DNA of 64,000 nt from Candidatus Eiseniibacteriota bacterium (GCA_963776245.1 CAVZLN010000003.1:1120001-1184000); one strand, 5' to 3'; shown: positions 12,361 to 23,933, counted from the stretch's first letter. Numbers and translations are program-made. Notes: generated by a model not told the origin, from the letters alone.

Positions 12361-12387
12361 TGAAACTCGGTGCCCGCCCCACCCGTA
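12361..12387 (+). promoter_or_regulatory. SigW-like ECF promoter, probably autoregulatory
   Basis: TGAAAC-N17-CGTA immediately upstream of the ECF sigma gene. Confidence 0.6.
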
Positions 12388-12411
12388 GGGTCGCATGAAG
12401 GCAGGGGCGCG

Positions 12412-12981
12412 GTGAGCGGCGACGAGGCCGACCTCATCCGGCGGTGCCTCGCCGGCGACGAGCGGGCGTACCGTGATCTGGTCGAGCGCTATCAGCGCCC
12501 GGTCTTCAATCTGGCGATGCGCATGGTGCGCCGGGTGGAAGATGCCGAAGACGTGACGCAGGAGACGTTCATCCGGATGTTCCGGGCACTCGACCGTTAC
12601 GACCTGGAGCGTCCCTTCACCGCCTGGCTCTTCACCATCGCCACCCGGCTCAGTATCGATCACCTGAGACGCAAGCGGCTGGCGCCGATCTCGATCTTCC
12701 AGCCCGGCGCCGGCGGAGACGACGAATACGTCATCGAGGCGGAGGACCCGGGGCTCAAGCCCGACGACGCCACCTCGCACGCCGAAGAGGAGGGGCGGAC
12801 GCGGGACCTGATCGACTCGCTGCCGCCGCACTACCGGATCGTGGTGATGCTCAGGCACCAGCAGGATCTTTCGTACGAGGAGATCGCCACGGCGCTGCAG
12901 ATGCCGCTCGGCACGGTGAAGGCGCGCATCCACCGTGCCCGGGAGCTGCTCAAGCAACGGATCAAGACGAGCGAGCCATGA
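12412..12981 (+). CDS. ECF RNA polymerase sigma factor (SigW/RpoE-like)
   Basis: DAEDVTQETF, WLFTIA, region 4 LSYEEIA...GTVKARIHRAR. Confidence 0.95.
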   Translation: MSGDEADLIRRCLAGDERAYRDLVERYQRPVFNLAMRMVRRVEDAEDVTQETFIRMFRALDRYDLERPFTAWLFTIATRLSIDHLRRKRLAPISIFQPGAGGDDEYVIEAEDPGLKPDDATSHAEEEGRTRDLIDSLPPHYRIVVMLRHQQDLSYEEIATALQMPLGTVKARIHRARELLKQRIKTSEP

Positions 12982-13601
12982 CCACCTGCACCCACCACAG
13001 CCGCGCTCAGGCCTTCCTCGACGGGGACCTCCCCGTGGACGAGGCCCGGGCGTTCCGCGAGCACCTGGCCGGCTGCGCCGGGTGCGTCGCCGAACTGGCT
13101 GCCTACCGCCGGGTGTTCGCGCTGCTCGATGAGGCGCCGCTCGCCGTGCCGCGGATCGAGCTGACGGAGCGGGTGCTCGCTCGGGTGCTGCCGTCCCGGG
13201 TGCGCCAGCGCCGGCTGCGCGCATTCGGCTGGAGCTACGCGGGCGCCCTCTCGGCATGCCTCGCGGGAGGGGTCACCTGGGCGATGCAGCCGGCGGGTCA
13301 GGCCGCGCTCTCCATGCTCACCGCTGAAGCCTCGCGCCGGTTGTTCGACGTCACGAAGTTCGTGGTGCAGTCGGCGTCATTCGGCCTCGTCCACCTCGCT
13401 TCGGGTTCGCACGCGATGATCCGCTTGCTCGAGCCCCTCGCGCCCCTCGGTCGCGCGCTCGGCGCGGTGCTGGGCCAGACCTCGATCCTCGCCACGCTGG
13501 TGGCCGCCGTCGCGGTCTGCGCCGCCATGCTGTGGTGGCTGCGGCCGCGCGATGGGCGGCCGAGCCGGGAGATCCGCCATGTCGGCGTCCTGGGCTTCTG
13601 A
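12978..13601 (+). CDS. zinc-binding transmembrane anti-sigma factor
   Basis: HLAGCAGC (HxxxCxxC) ZAS motif, TM segments, ATGA overlap with the sigma gene. Confidence 0.88.
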   Translation: MTTCTHHSRAQAFLDGDLPVDEARAFREHLAGCAGCVAELAAYRRVFALLDEAPLAVPRIELTERVLARVLPSRVRQRRLRAFGWSYAGALSACLAGGVTWAMQPAGQAALSMLTAEASRRLFDVTKFVVQSASFGLVHLASGSHAMIRLLEPLAPLGRALGAVLGQTSILATLVAAVAVCAAMLWWLRPRDGRPSREIRHVGVLGF

Positions 13602-14781
13602 TCCCCGTGTCCGCCCGCTGTCGGCGGCGCTCGCGCTCGCCCTGTTGCTGGTGGCGCCGGTGGATCCCGCCGCCGCTCGGACCACGAGGCCCGACTCGGC
13701 GCGCGCCATCACCAGTATCCGCGTGAGCGACGAGGGCATCCGGATCCGCGGTGGCGGCGGCCTGCGGGGGGACACCACGCTCGAGATCGTGGACCGCCCC
13801 GGGCGGGCCGACGCGAAGTTCGACATCGGCGGGCAGAAGGTGCGCATCCGCGGCGACGTCGCGGAACCGAATGCGAGTGGCAAGGACGTGCGTATCGTCG
13901 GACCGGTGGTGCTGGTGAATGGCCAGGGTGCCGACATGGTGCGCGTGTGCGCCGACGCCGAGGTGCCGGCGGGCCAGCGCATCGAGGGCGACGTGGTCGC
14001 GGTGTTCGGCTCGGTCACGGTGAAGGGCGAGGTGGCGGGGAACGCGGTCGCGGTGTTCGGCACGCTCCGCCTGGAGCCGGGCGCGGTGGTGGACGGCGAC
14101 GCGGTCGCGGTGGGGGGTTCGCTGGACCAGCAGCCGGGGGCCACTGTGAGCGGCCAGAGCGTGTCCATCGAGCCCGGATTCGACTGCCAGCGGTTGCCCG
14201 GACTGTTGCTCGGCAGCGCGGGCCTCCTGACCGTGCTCCTCCTCGTGCTCCTGGTGCCGGCGCTGGTGGGCTGGCTGTTCCTGGTCATCGCCCCCGATCG
14301 CATGCTGCGGGTGTCGGTCACCGCCGCGCAGCGCCCGTTCGTCTCGCTGCTCCTCGGACTGGTCGCCGGGCCGCTGGCGGTGGTCGCGTTCGTGCTCCTG
14401 CTGATCACCGTGGTGGGCATCCCGATCGCCCTCCTGCTGCCGGTGCTCTTCGGCCTGATGTCCTGGGCCGGCCAGGTGGCCACCACCTATGTGATCGGTT
14501 GTCGCCTCCTGAGGCGCCGTCTCGGCGCGGGCGGCAGCCTCGGGCCGTACGTCACCGGGACCCTGTTCGTCGCCGCGATCGTCGCGGTCGGCGTCGCGAG
14601 CCTGGTGCTGCCGGGGCCGCTGAAGCCCGTGGGGATCTTCCTCCTGATGGTGGCCATCCTGCTGGGGGCGGGGCTCGGACTCATCGGCACCGGCGCCACG
14701 CTGCTCTCGAAACTGGGCTCGACCCCCCGGGATGTCCACCGGCATCGCGTCGCCACGCCAGACGCCGCCGGGCTGCCCTAG
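13579..14781 (+). CDS. membrane protein with bactofilin-like beta-helix repeats and multi-TM C-terminus
   Basis: signal-like N-terminus; repeats GDVVAVFGSV, GNAVAVFGTL, GDAVAVGGSL; about 6 TM helices. Confidence 0.75.
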   Translation: MSASWASDPRVRPLSAALALALLLVAPVDPAAARTTRPDSARAITSIRVSDEGIRIRGGGGLRGDTTLEIVDRPGRADAKFDIGGQKVRIRGDVAEPNASGKDVRIVGPVVLVNGQGADMVRVCADAEVPAGQRIEGDVVAVFGSVTVKGEVAGNAVAVFGTLRLEPGAVVDGDAVAVGGSLDQQPGATVSGQSVSIEPGFDCQRLPGLLLGSAGLLTVLLLVLLVPALVGWLFLVIAPDRMLRVSVTAAQRPFVSLLLGLVAGPLAVVAFVLLLITVVGIPIALLLPVLFGLMSWAGQVATTYVIGCRLLRRRLGAGGSLGPYVTGTLFVAAIVAVGVASLVLPGPLKPVGIFLLMVAILLGAGLGLIGTGATLLSKLGSTPRDVHRHRVATPDAAGLP

Positions 14782-15018
14782 CCAGGACCGCAAGACCTGC
14801 TTCGGGCCCCCGTGGGTGCCAGCACCCGCGTGGGTCTCGCGTCTGGGAACCCTCACCCATCAGCGACCTGGGATGCCCCCGATCCGCGCGGCGGAAGCCC
14901 CCCGAACCGCATGCGTCGGGGCCGCGCAATCGGCTGAGGTGGAATGACATCGACCGCATGGTGAGCGGCCGCCCCGGATTCCTCCCCGGTGGCACGCTCG
15001 TCGCGTTGGTAGGTGGTC

Positions 15019-16032
15019 ATGGAACCGCTCGCATTGGTGCGCCGCGCCGGCCTTGGGCTCCTCGGCACGCTGCTCGCGAGCCTCATGCTGGCGGCGGTGG
15101 CCCGCTCCACCGAACTGGTCGCGAGCGGCGCGCCGCGCGACCTGGCCTTCCACGACGCCGGCGAGACCCTTCGGGACTGGTGCCGGTGGGACGATGCCGG
15201 CAGGCTGTGGCTGGTGCTGCCGGACAGCTCGCGCTTCGAGCTGGTGACCTCGGTGAACGACGCTGCGATCGCGAACCCCGGCGACGGCGCGTTCCACCCC
15301 TTCGAGCTGGGGGAAGTCCACGCCGCCCTCGACGAACTCAGTTACCCGGTCGCGGGCCTGCGTGCGGACGTCTTCCTGCTCCCGTTCCCGCGCAGGGCGG
15401 GCCTCGAGTCGGCCGGGGGGCCGGGGCTGGTACTGCTCTCGCCCGGCGTGCGCCCCCTGTCGCGCGAGCAGCAGCACGCCGAGTTCGTCCACGAACTGGG
15501 CCACGTGGTCCAGCAGGCGAGACTGCCGGACCACGCCACCGGGGACTGGACGGCCTACCGGCGCATGCGGGGGATCGAGGATCCGATCGTCTTCTCCGCG
15601 AGCGCGCCCCACGCCCAGCGGCCCCACGAGATCTTCGCCGAGGACTTCCGCGCGCTGCTCGGTGGCGCGACCGCGAACTCGACGGGCACGATCGAGAATC
15701 CGGCGCTCACCCCGCCGCAGCTGGTGCCCGGGCTGCGCGAGTTCGTGCTCTCGCTGGCCGGGCATGCGCTGCGCGCGCGGCTCTCGGGCGCTCCCAATCC
15801 GAGCCGCGGCGCGGTCACCTTCTCGCGGGCGGGCACCAGCGCGGCGATGCTGGACGTGTTCGACGTGGGCGGTCGCCGGCTGGCGGCCGTGGCGCCGATG
15901 CCGGTCGCGGGGGGCACGGAGTGGCGGTGGGATGGACGGGCCGCGCGCGGCACGGCCATGGGCCCGGCGATCGTGTTCGCGCGTGAGCGCGCGGGGGCGG
16001 CCGAGCCGGTGCGGGTGGCCCTGGTCCCCTGA
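15019..16032 (+). CDS. secreted zincin-like protein with FlgD/T9SS-like C-terminal Ig domain
   Basis: signal peptide; VHELGH and EIFAE; C-terminal PNPSRG...VFDVGGRR...WDGR pattern. Confidence 0.7.
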   Translation: MEPLALVRRAGLGLLGTLLASLMLAAVARSTELVASGAPRDLAFHDAGETLRDWCRWDDAGRLWLVLPDSSRFELVTSVNDAAIANPGDGAFHPFELGEVHAALDELSYPVAGLRADVFLLPFPRRAGLESAGGPGLVLLSPGVRPLSREQQHAEFVHELGHVVQQARLPDHATGDWTAYRRMRGIEDPIVFSASAPHAQRPHEIFAEDFRALLGGATANSTGTIENPALTPPQLVPGLREFVLSLAGHALRARLSGAPNPSRGAVTFSRAGTSAAMLDVFDVGGRRLAAVAPMPVAGGTEWRWDGRAARGTAMGPAIVFARERAGAAEPVRVALVP

Positions 16033-16069
16033 GTCCCCGGGGCCCCGAGCGGCCCCGCCGCCACGCGGA

Positions 16070-16756
16070 TCAGTGCGCGGGCAGCGGCACGACGTCCTCG
16101 GTCCGCGCGCGCGCGCGCTGGTCCCCGAGACCGGCGAAGTTGCGCACCGCATCGAACGCCGAGCGGGGCAGCTCGGTGAACGCCCCGAAGCCGGCACGAC
16201 GCTTGTCCACCACCTCGCCCGACAGCCAGCCTTCGACCTCCTCCACGTCCTCGATGCTCAACGGACGCAGGGTGGCGGTCACGACCGCGTAATAGCGCGC
16301 CCCCCTCACCAGACGGTCCGAGCGGCCCACCGGCAGCGCGAGCGGGCGCCCGAGCGCCCGCTCGACCGAGTCGAGCGCCCCGAACACCAGCGCGGTGGCC
16401 CCCGCGCGTTCGACGCGGTAGGTGCGGTTCCAGACCTCGTAGCGGATGCGCAGCGAGGCGTCGAATGTGCTCTCGAGGCGGTCGAACCACCCGGAGCGGC
16501 GCCGCCACAGCTCGGCATGGAACTCGAGCGTGGCCGGCATGCCGCGCGACAGGCTCTCCTGGACTCGCGGAGCCAGCACGTCGCTGAGGCGCAGATCGCA
16601 CCACACGCTGCCGTCACGCGACTGCGGCACGCCGACCGTGGCGTCCAGCGCCAGCGCTGCCGGTGCCACGGCGAGCGCGAACGCGAGCAGGGCGATCGCG
16701 GCCTGGCGGTGGGCGGGACGTGGGGCGCTGGGGAGCAGGGCGACCTCGGGACTCAG
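16070..16756 (-). CDS. DUF4390-like periplasmic protein (start uncertain)
   Basis: ESLSRGMPATLEF...IRYEVWNRTY; hydrophobic signal segment extends upstream of the GTG at 16669; linked to the ntrYX-like pair. Confidence 0.65.
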   Translation of the reverse strand: MSPEVALLPSAPRPAHRQAAIALLAFALAVAPAALALDATVGVPQSRDGSVWCDLRLSDVLAPRVQESLSRGMPATLEFHAELWRRRSGWFDRLESTFDASLRIRYEVWNRTYRVERAGATALVFGALDSVERALGRPLALPVGRSDRLVRGARYYAVVTATLRPLSIEDVEEVEGWLSGEVVDKRRAGFGAFTELPRSAFDAVRNFAGLGDQRARARTEDVVPLPAH

Positions 16757-18093
16757 AATGGGCGTCGGAGACGCAACGTGATCATGAACTCGGAGTCGGG
16801 ATCCTGGAGGTTGCGCGCGAAGTACACGCGCAGGTCGTCGTCCGTGGTGCCGATGCCGAACCCGCCGTCGCAGGCGAGGTGTTGTCGCCGCAGGTCGAAG
16901 CCCGGGCCGGACGCTTCCCAGGCGCGCCCGGCGTCCACGAACACCATGACCTGCAATCCGCCCTGGAAGTGGGCGTCCGTGAGCGTCCAGAGGCCGAGCA
17001 TGTACTCGGCCTGCGCCAGCGCCAGCCGGTCCCCGCGGTAGGCCCCGAACGCGTGCGCGCGCAGCCCGTCCACTCCGCCGAGGGTGAAGATCTTCTGCTC
17101 CGGCAGCCGACCGGTGAAGTTGGTGCCGCCGACCCCGCGCAGCACCAGCGTGGCCGCGGGAGTGAGCCGCACCACGCTGCGCACGTCGGCCACCATCCGC
17201 GCGTAGTCGAACGCGCCGCCGAGGCCGCCGCCGGCACGCTCGACCTCGATCCCGTGGTAGAGGCCGGCCCGCATGGTCCGCGTGCGATGCATGAGGCGTT
17301 CGCTGCGCAGCGATAGGGTATGGGCCTCGCCCTCCTCGATCGCTGGATTGTCACGCAGCGGGCGGTCCCGGCGAAACCACGAACGCGTTCCCCGATCGAG
17401 CGGGAGCGTGCGATAGCGATCGTTCCGCGCGTGGAGGCTGACGGTGGAGAAGTCGGGCACCCGCCACGCGAGGTAGGTGCCGAATCCCTCGCGCTCGAAG
17501 TAGTCGCGGTAGTCCTGGCGCCCGAACAGCAGGGCGAGACTGTTCTCGAAGTCCTCGACCTCCTGCAGCTCGCTGTGGTCGGTCCGCCGCACCATCGAGA
17601 CGCCGAGTGCGAGCCGCCCCGGTCGCACCAGCGGCTGCTCGAGCTGCACACCATAGAGGATGCGCTCGCGGCCGATCGCGTACTCGATCCGGGCGCCGAA
17701 GCGCGGGTCGAGCGGCGCGGTGGTCTGGAGCTCCCAGCCGACGCCGACGCGCAGGCGGTCCACCCGGTTGTAGTCCAGCAGCAGTTCACCGCGGTCGCGG
17801 GGATGGCGGGCGCGCCATTCGTCGGGATCGGTGATGAGGTGGTCGCCGATCGGCGCACGCAGCCACTCGCCTTCGTCGCTCGAACCCGCCTGCCGGTCCG
17901 GGCGCTCGCCGCGGCGCACGGGGCGGAATTCGAGCGGATCGGAATCGGGATCGTCGCGCGGGAGCGGCTGGAATTCGAGCGCCCCGCTGGTGGAGTCCGC
18001 GGGCAGGGTGGACTGGGCGCACGCCACGGGCGGGTGGAACGCCGACGCGGCGGCGCAGAGGGATACGGCGAAGAGGGTGCGCAGGGGATTCAC
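16753..18093 (-). CDS. Omp85/BamA-TamA-like outer-membrane barrel protein
   Basis: GGAGG then GTG, signal peptide, LGGVDGLRAH (VRGF-like loop), FVDAGRAW, terminal Phe. Confidence 0.75.
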   Translation of the reverse strand: MNPLRTLFAVSLCAAASAFHPPVACAQSTLPADSTSGALEFQPLPRDDPDSDPLEFRPVRRGERPDRQAGSSDEGEWLRAPIGDHLITDPDEWRARHPRDRGELLLDYNRVDRLRVGVGWELQTTAPLDPRFGARIEYAIGRERILYGVQLEQPLVRPGRLALGVSMVRRTDHSELQEVEDFENSLALLFGRQDYRDYFEREGFGTYLAWRVPDFSTVSLHARNDRYRTLPLDRGTRSWFRRDRPLRDNPAIEEGEAHTLSLRSERLMHRTRTMRAGLYHGIEVERAGGGLGGAFDYARMVADVRSVVRLTPAATLVLRGVGGTNFTGRLPEQKIFTLGGVDGLRAHAFGAYRGDRLALAQAEYMLGLWTLTDAHFQGGLQVMVFVDAGRAWEASGPGFDLRRQHLACDGGFGIGTTDDDLRVYFARNLQDPDSEFMITLRLRRPF

Positions 18094-18313
18094 GGTGCCT
18101 CCGCAGGACGACAAGGACGGGGGGCGCACCCGGAGAGGCAGCAATCCCCGTTCCGCGCGGCCGGTCCGGAACGGACGTCGGGATGGAGACGCCGGGGCCC
18201 CGGAGCATGCAGGGATCCCGGCTTTCGGAGGGGCCGCATCGGGGCGCTGCCGTACCGGACGCCCGGCGCCGGGCTGGTGCCGTGGCGGTTCCGCGACGCT
18301 GTGTGGCGCGGGT

Positions 18314-19662
<1,349 letters not shown>

Positions 19663-19666
<4 letters not shown>

Positions 19667-21177
19667 GGGCGTGGGGCTCCTTCCTCGTCATCGCGCAGCG
19701 GCAGCGTGAGGCGCGCGCGCGTCCCACCGCCCTCGCGGTCGTCCAGGGTCACCGTGCCGCCGTGCTGCAAGGCGATGTCGCGCACCAGCGACAGTCCGAG
19801 GCCGCTGCCGCGGCGCTTGGTGCTCACGTAGGGCTCGAACGCTCGCGCGCGCAACTCGGCGGGCAGGCCGGGTCCGCGGTCGAGCACATCGACCACCGCC
19901 GCACCGCCCGCGCGTTCCGTGCGCAACTCCACGGTGCCACCCGCGGGGCTCGCTTCGCAGGCGTTGAGCAGCAGATTATGCAGCGCGCGGGACAGCAGCA
20001 AGCGGTCCCCGGACACCGGGAGCGGCTCGGCCGCATCCACCACGAGGGCGAGCCCCTCGGGCTCGTGCAGTCGCGCCACCTGGCGCGCGACCTCAGCGAG
20101 GTCCATGGCTTCCATCCGCGGTTCGGGCAGGCGCGCGTACTGCGCGAACCGCTCCGCCAGGCGGCCGAGGTGGTCGACCTCGACGATGAGCGCCGCGAGG
20201 CTCTCCTCGACCACCTCGCGTTCGGCTTCCGGTACGGCCTGCACGCGCTTCTGCAGCCGGTGGAGCGAGAGTCGCATCGGCGTGAGCGGGTTCTTGATCT
20301 CGTGCGCCAACTGACGGGCCACTTCGCGCCAGGCGGCCTCGCGCTCGGCCTGGCGCAACTGCTCGCGCGCCGAAGCGAGCCGCTCGCGCATCGCGTTGAA
20401 CGACACGCCGAGCGAGCGCAGCTCGCGGGCGCCGCTCGGCTCGAGGCGGGTCTCGAGGTCGCCGGCGGCCACGCGCTCGAGCGCGGCCGCGATACCGGCC
20501 AGCGGACGCGTCATCCCGCGGGCGAGGGTGGCGGCGAGCCAGGCCGCGAGCACGGCGAGCACCAGCACCAGCGCGGCGACCAGCAGCCAGACGTACCGGC
20601 GCTGCACATCCACCACGACGCCGAGCCGACGGTAGTAGGCCGCGCCGAACCCCACGCTGTCGGCGCGCGCGAAGAAGTCCGGTGCCACCCGGATCCCCAC
20701 GGCGACCGTGCGCCCGTCCGCTGTCGGGGCCACTCCCGCGAGCACGCCGCGGGACGAGCGCACCAGCCGCGCGCCCGCCAGCGCCGCGCCGATCTCGCTG
20801 CCGAAGTCCACGCGCTCCGGCACCAGCACGCGCTCGGGAACCAACTGGGTCTCGAGCACCCAGCGGGCGCCCGCGAGTCGGTAGAGCTGGGCGAAGTCGA
20901 GGCCGTGCGCCCGCAGCGCGGCGCGCGCTCCCTCGGGCACCCCCCGCGCCGGCCAGCGCTCGGCCCAGTCCTCCGCCTGCGCCAGCACGGTCGCCTCGAG
21001 ACGGGTCTCGGCCGTGCGCGTGATCTCGAGCGCGGACTCGAGCGCGCGGTCCACGCCGGGGCGGAACCATCGCGCGGTCGAGCGGTCCAACTGGTCGAGC
21101 GTGAAGAGCGTGAAGGCCAGCGTCGGCAGCAGCGAGAGTGCGAGCAGTGCGAGGACGAGCCGGGTGCGGAGGGTCAC
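19663..21177 (-). CDS. HAMP sensor histidine kinase (NtrY-like)
   Basis: AWREVARQLAHEIKNPLTP H-box, HAMP domain, GSGLGL G2 box. Confidence 0.93.
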
Positions 21178-21199
21178 GATGCGCCCGCGGCAGGAGCGA

Positions 21200-22273
21200 T
21201 CACGCTCCCGCGCCGAGCCCTCCCAGCTGCCCGCAGGCCGCCCAGATCTCCCCGCCGAGGGTGTTGCGGACCATCACCGCCGGCGCCCGCGGGAACAGGC
21301 TGCGCGCGAATGCTTCCACCGCCTCGGGGCTGGGGCGTTCCCACGCCAGCCCCGGTACCGGGTTGTAGGGGATGAGGTTGATCTTGCTGGGCAGCTCGCG
21401 GGCGAAGCGGGCGAGCCGCTCGGCGTCCTCCTCGCGGTCGTTCACCCCGGCGATGAGCGTGTACTCGAGCGTCACGCGGCGCCCGCTCGCCGCGCCGTAG
21501 GCCTTCGCGGCCCCCAGCACCTCGGCCAGCGGCCACCGGCGATTGACCGGCATGAGTCGGGTGCGCAGTTCGTCGGTGGTGGCGTGGAGCGAGACCGCCA
21601 GACCGAGCGCCAGGCCCTCTCCCGCCAGGTCCCGCATCGGTGGCACCAGCCCACTGGTGGACACCGTGATACGACGGGCGCCCACGTTGAGGCCTCGCCG
21701 GTCATTCAGGATGCGGATCGCGTCCATCACGCCCCGGTAGTTGTGGAGGGGCTCCCCCATGCCCATGAACACCAGGTTGTAGCGCTCGTCCTGCCAGCCG
21801 TGGTGGTCTCCCATCGCGATCACCTGGGCCACGATCTCGGCCGGACGCAGGTGGCGTTTGAGTCCCATCAGCCCCGTCGCGCAGAAGGCGCACTTGAGCG
21901 CGCACCCGACCTGGGAGGAGAGGCAGAAGGTCAGCCGATGCTCGGCCCGCATGGACACGCACTCCACGCGCGCGCCGTCGTCGAGCGCCAGCACGAACTT
22001 GCGGGTCAGTCCGTCGCGGGTGCGGTGCACCGACTCGATCGATGGACTCCGGATCTCGCACACCTCGCCCAGCCGACCCCGCAGGGCCACGGGCAGATCC
22101 GTCATCCCGCTCGCCTCTCGCAGGCGCTTGCCGTAGATCCAGCCGTAGATCTGAACGGCCCGATAGGCGGGTATGCCGCGCTCCACCAGCCGGGCCGCGA
22201 GCTCCACGCGGCTGAGTCCGTAGAAGCTCGGGGTGGCCGGCATCTCGGCCGAAGGGAGGGGCGCGCTCGACAT
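21200..22273 (-). CDS. rlmN: 23S rRNA m2A2503 / tRNA methyltransferase RlmN
   Basis: SSQVGCALKCAFC radical-SAM motif, MGMGEP, AACGQL. Confidence 0.96.
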   Translation of the reverse strand: MSSAPLPSAEMPATPSFYGLSRVELAARLVERGIPAYRAVQIYGWIYGKRLREASGMTDLPVALRGRLGEVCEIRSPSIESVHRTRDGLTRKFVLALDDGARVECVSMRAEHRLTFCLSSQVGCALKCAFCATGLMGLKRHLRPAEIVAQVIAMGDHHGWQDERYNLVFMGMGEPLHNYRGVMDAIRILNDRRGLNVGARRITVSTSGLVPPMRDLAGEGLALGLAVSLHATTDELRTRLMPVNRRWPLAEVLGAAKAYGAASGRRVTLEYTLIAGVNDREEDAERLARFARELPSKINLIPYNPVPGLAWERPSPEAVEAFARSLFPRAPAVMVRNTLGGEIWAACGQLGGLGAGA

Positions 22274-22306
22274 GGGTCCTCGCGGACTTGGGTGTGGGAT
22301 GCGCGG

Positions 22307-22354
22307 AGGCTAACAGCCTGCGGCATTGCGGTCAACGCACGGAAATGGTATGCA
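22307..22354. promoter_or_regulatory. overlapping divergent sigma70-like promoters (rlmN and ArsR gene)
   Basis: minus strand TTGACC-N17-TAGCCT (22335-22307); plus strand TTGCGG-N17-TATGCA (22326-22354); both with TGn extension. Confidence 0.55.
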
Positions 22355-22364
22355 TGAATGTGCA

Positions 22365-22944
22365 ATGAACGATATCTCCAACCGTGATCGAGGGCTTCTC
22401 GCCTGCCTGGGTGACGCCTCGCGCTATCGCATCGTCGCCGCGCTGGCGGGGGGCGCACGTTGCGTGACCGAGCTCGCGCGCGAAGTGACGCTTTCGCAAT
22501 CGTGCACCACCCGCCACCTCCAGGCGATGCGGCGCGCCGGCCTGGTGCGCGGCGAGCGACAGGGCAAGCGCGTGATGTTCCAACTGCGCGAGGAGGATCC
22601 ACGCGTGGGGGGCCTGCTAGAATGGATGATCAGCGGTGAGGGCCGCGAGTGGGGCTGGGTGTCAGCCCGAGTGAGCGCAGAGCCTCGCGAGCGCATTCCT
22701 GAACCGGGCTCGACGCCCCCCGCGGTCCGGCGTCAGAAGCTCGGATCCAACGCGCCCCTCATCCGCCCCGCCCCGGCGCGGGGCACCGCGACCCGCCCCG
22801 CGCGAGCGGGGTCCCGGATCGGCCCCAGGGGCAGGAGCCGAGGATGGCGCGGAGCCCGAACTCGAGCCGCAGGAAGGTCTTCCGGAAGCTCACGCTCCCG
22901 GCCCGGTGTACCGCTCGCAGGAACTCGAGGACTACCTGCTGTGA
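22365..22944 (+). CDS. ArsR/SmtB family regulator with long low-complexity tail; probable frameshift in the tail
   Basis: LGDASRYRIV...CVTELA...SQSCTTRHL...GLV winged HTH; alternative frame ends QELEDYLL-stop at 22944, just before the ppx start. Confidence 0.7.
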
Positions 22945-22958
22945 GCGCCTCTATAACT

Positions 22959-23933
22959 ATGCGCGTAGCTGCAATTGATATCGGTTCGAATTCGGTGCGC
23001 CTCCTGGTCGCGGACATCGCGGTCGAGAACGGCCGGCCTGGCGCTCTCGCCACTGTGGCGCGTGCTGGCGAGGCCTGTCGCCTGGCGCGCGGGCTCGATC
23101 GGTCCGGGCTCGTGGACGCCGAGATGGCGGCGCGCGCGGCGCTGGTGGTGCAGGAGTTCGCCCGCCGCGCTACGGCGCTGGGGGCGGTGCGGCTGGTCGT
23201 CGGGGCGACCGCGGCCCTGCGCGCGGCCACCAATGGCGCCGAGGTGGCGCGCGCCATCGCGGAGCGAGCCAGCGTCGAGGTACGGATCCTGAGCGGCGCG
23301 GACGAGGCCCGGCTGGTCTATCGCTCGGTCGTGCTGGGGCTCGGTTCCATCGCGCTCGAGCACCCATGCGTCGTGTTCGACCTCGGAGGGGGCAGCACCG
23401 AGGTGGTGAGCGGGTTCGGCGACCGCCCCGGCCGCTGGACCAGCCTGCCGTTCGGTGCCGTCAGCCTGACCGAGAGGCACCTCCACTCGGGCGGCTCGAG
23501 TGTATCGAATGGCAACGACATGGAGGATCTCAAGACCCGCGTGCGGGAGGAAGTCATGCGCGTTTGTGCATATATGCCCGAGCGCGCGTCGCTGTTCGCG
23601 GGGGTAGGAGGCACGGTCACAGTGCTCGCCTCCATGGACCGTGGGCTCGACACGTACGACCCCACTCGGATCGAGGGATGGAGCATCCTGCAGCCACGAC
23701 TGGACATGCTCATCGAGCGCATCATCCGCTCCTCGCACAGCGAGCGTGCGGAGTGGCCGGTGATGGGGGAGGGGCGCGCCGACATCGTGGCAGCTGGGGC
23801 GCTCGTGGTCAGCGTTCTGGCGGAGCGTTTCCCCTCGCAGGGGCTGGTCTGTTCCACTCAGGGGCTGCGCTACGGGCTGGCCCGCCTGGCCGCGGAAGAG
23901 GCCGCCGGTGGTGGGAGCGGTCGACCGGCTTGA
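22959..23933 (+). CDS. ppx: Ppx/GppA phosphatase family (short form)
   Basis: AAIDIGSNS, ATAALR, DEARL, DLGGGSTE, GRADI, GLRYG. Confidence 0.9.
   Translation: MRVAAIDIGSNSVRLLVADIAVENGRPGALATVARAGEACRLARGLDRSGLVDAEMAARAALVVQEFARRATALGAVRLVVGATAALRAATNGAEVARAIAERASVEVRILSGADEARLVYRSVVLGLGSIALEHPCVVFDLGGGSTEVVSGFGDRPGRWTSLPFGAVSLTERHLHSGGSSVSNGNDMEDLKTRVREEVMRVCAYMPERASLFAGVGGTVTVLASMDRGLDTYDPTRIEGWSILQPRLDMLIERIIRSSHSERAEWPVMGEGRADIVAAGALVVSVLAERFPSQGLVCSTQGLRYGLARLAAEEAAGGGSGRPA

Noticed and set aside
22326..23933. Apparent 535-aa ArsR-Ppx fusion ORF
   Set aside because: A shifted frame ends cleanly at 22944 just before a typical Ppx start at 22959; one indel explains the fusion.
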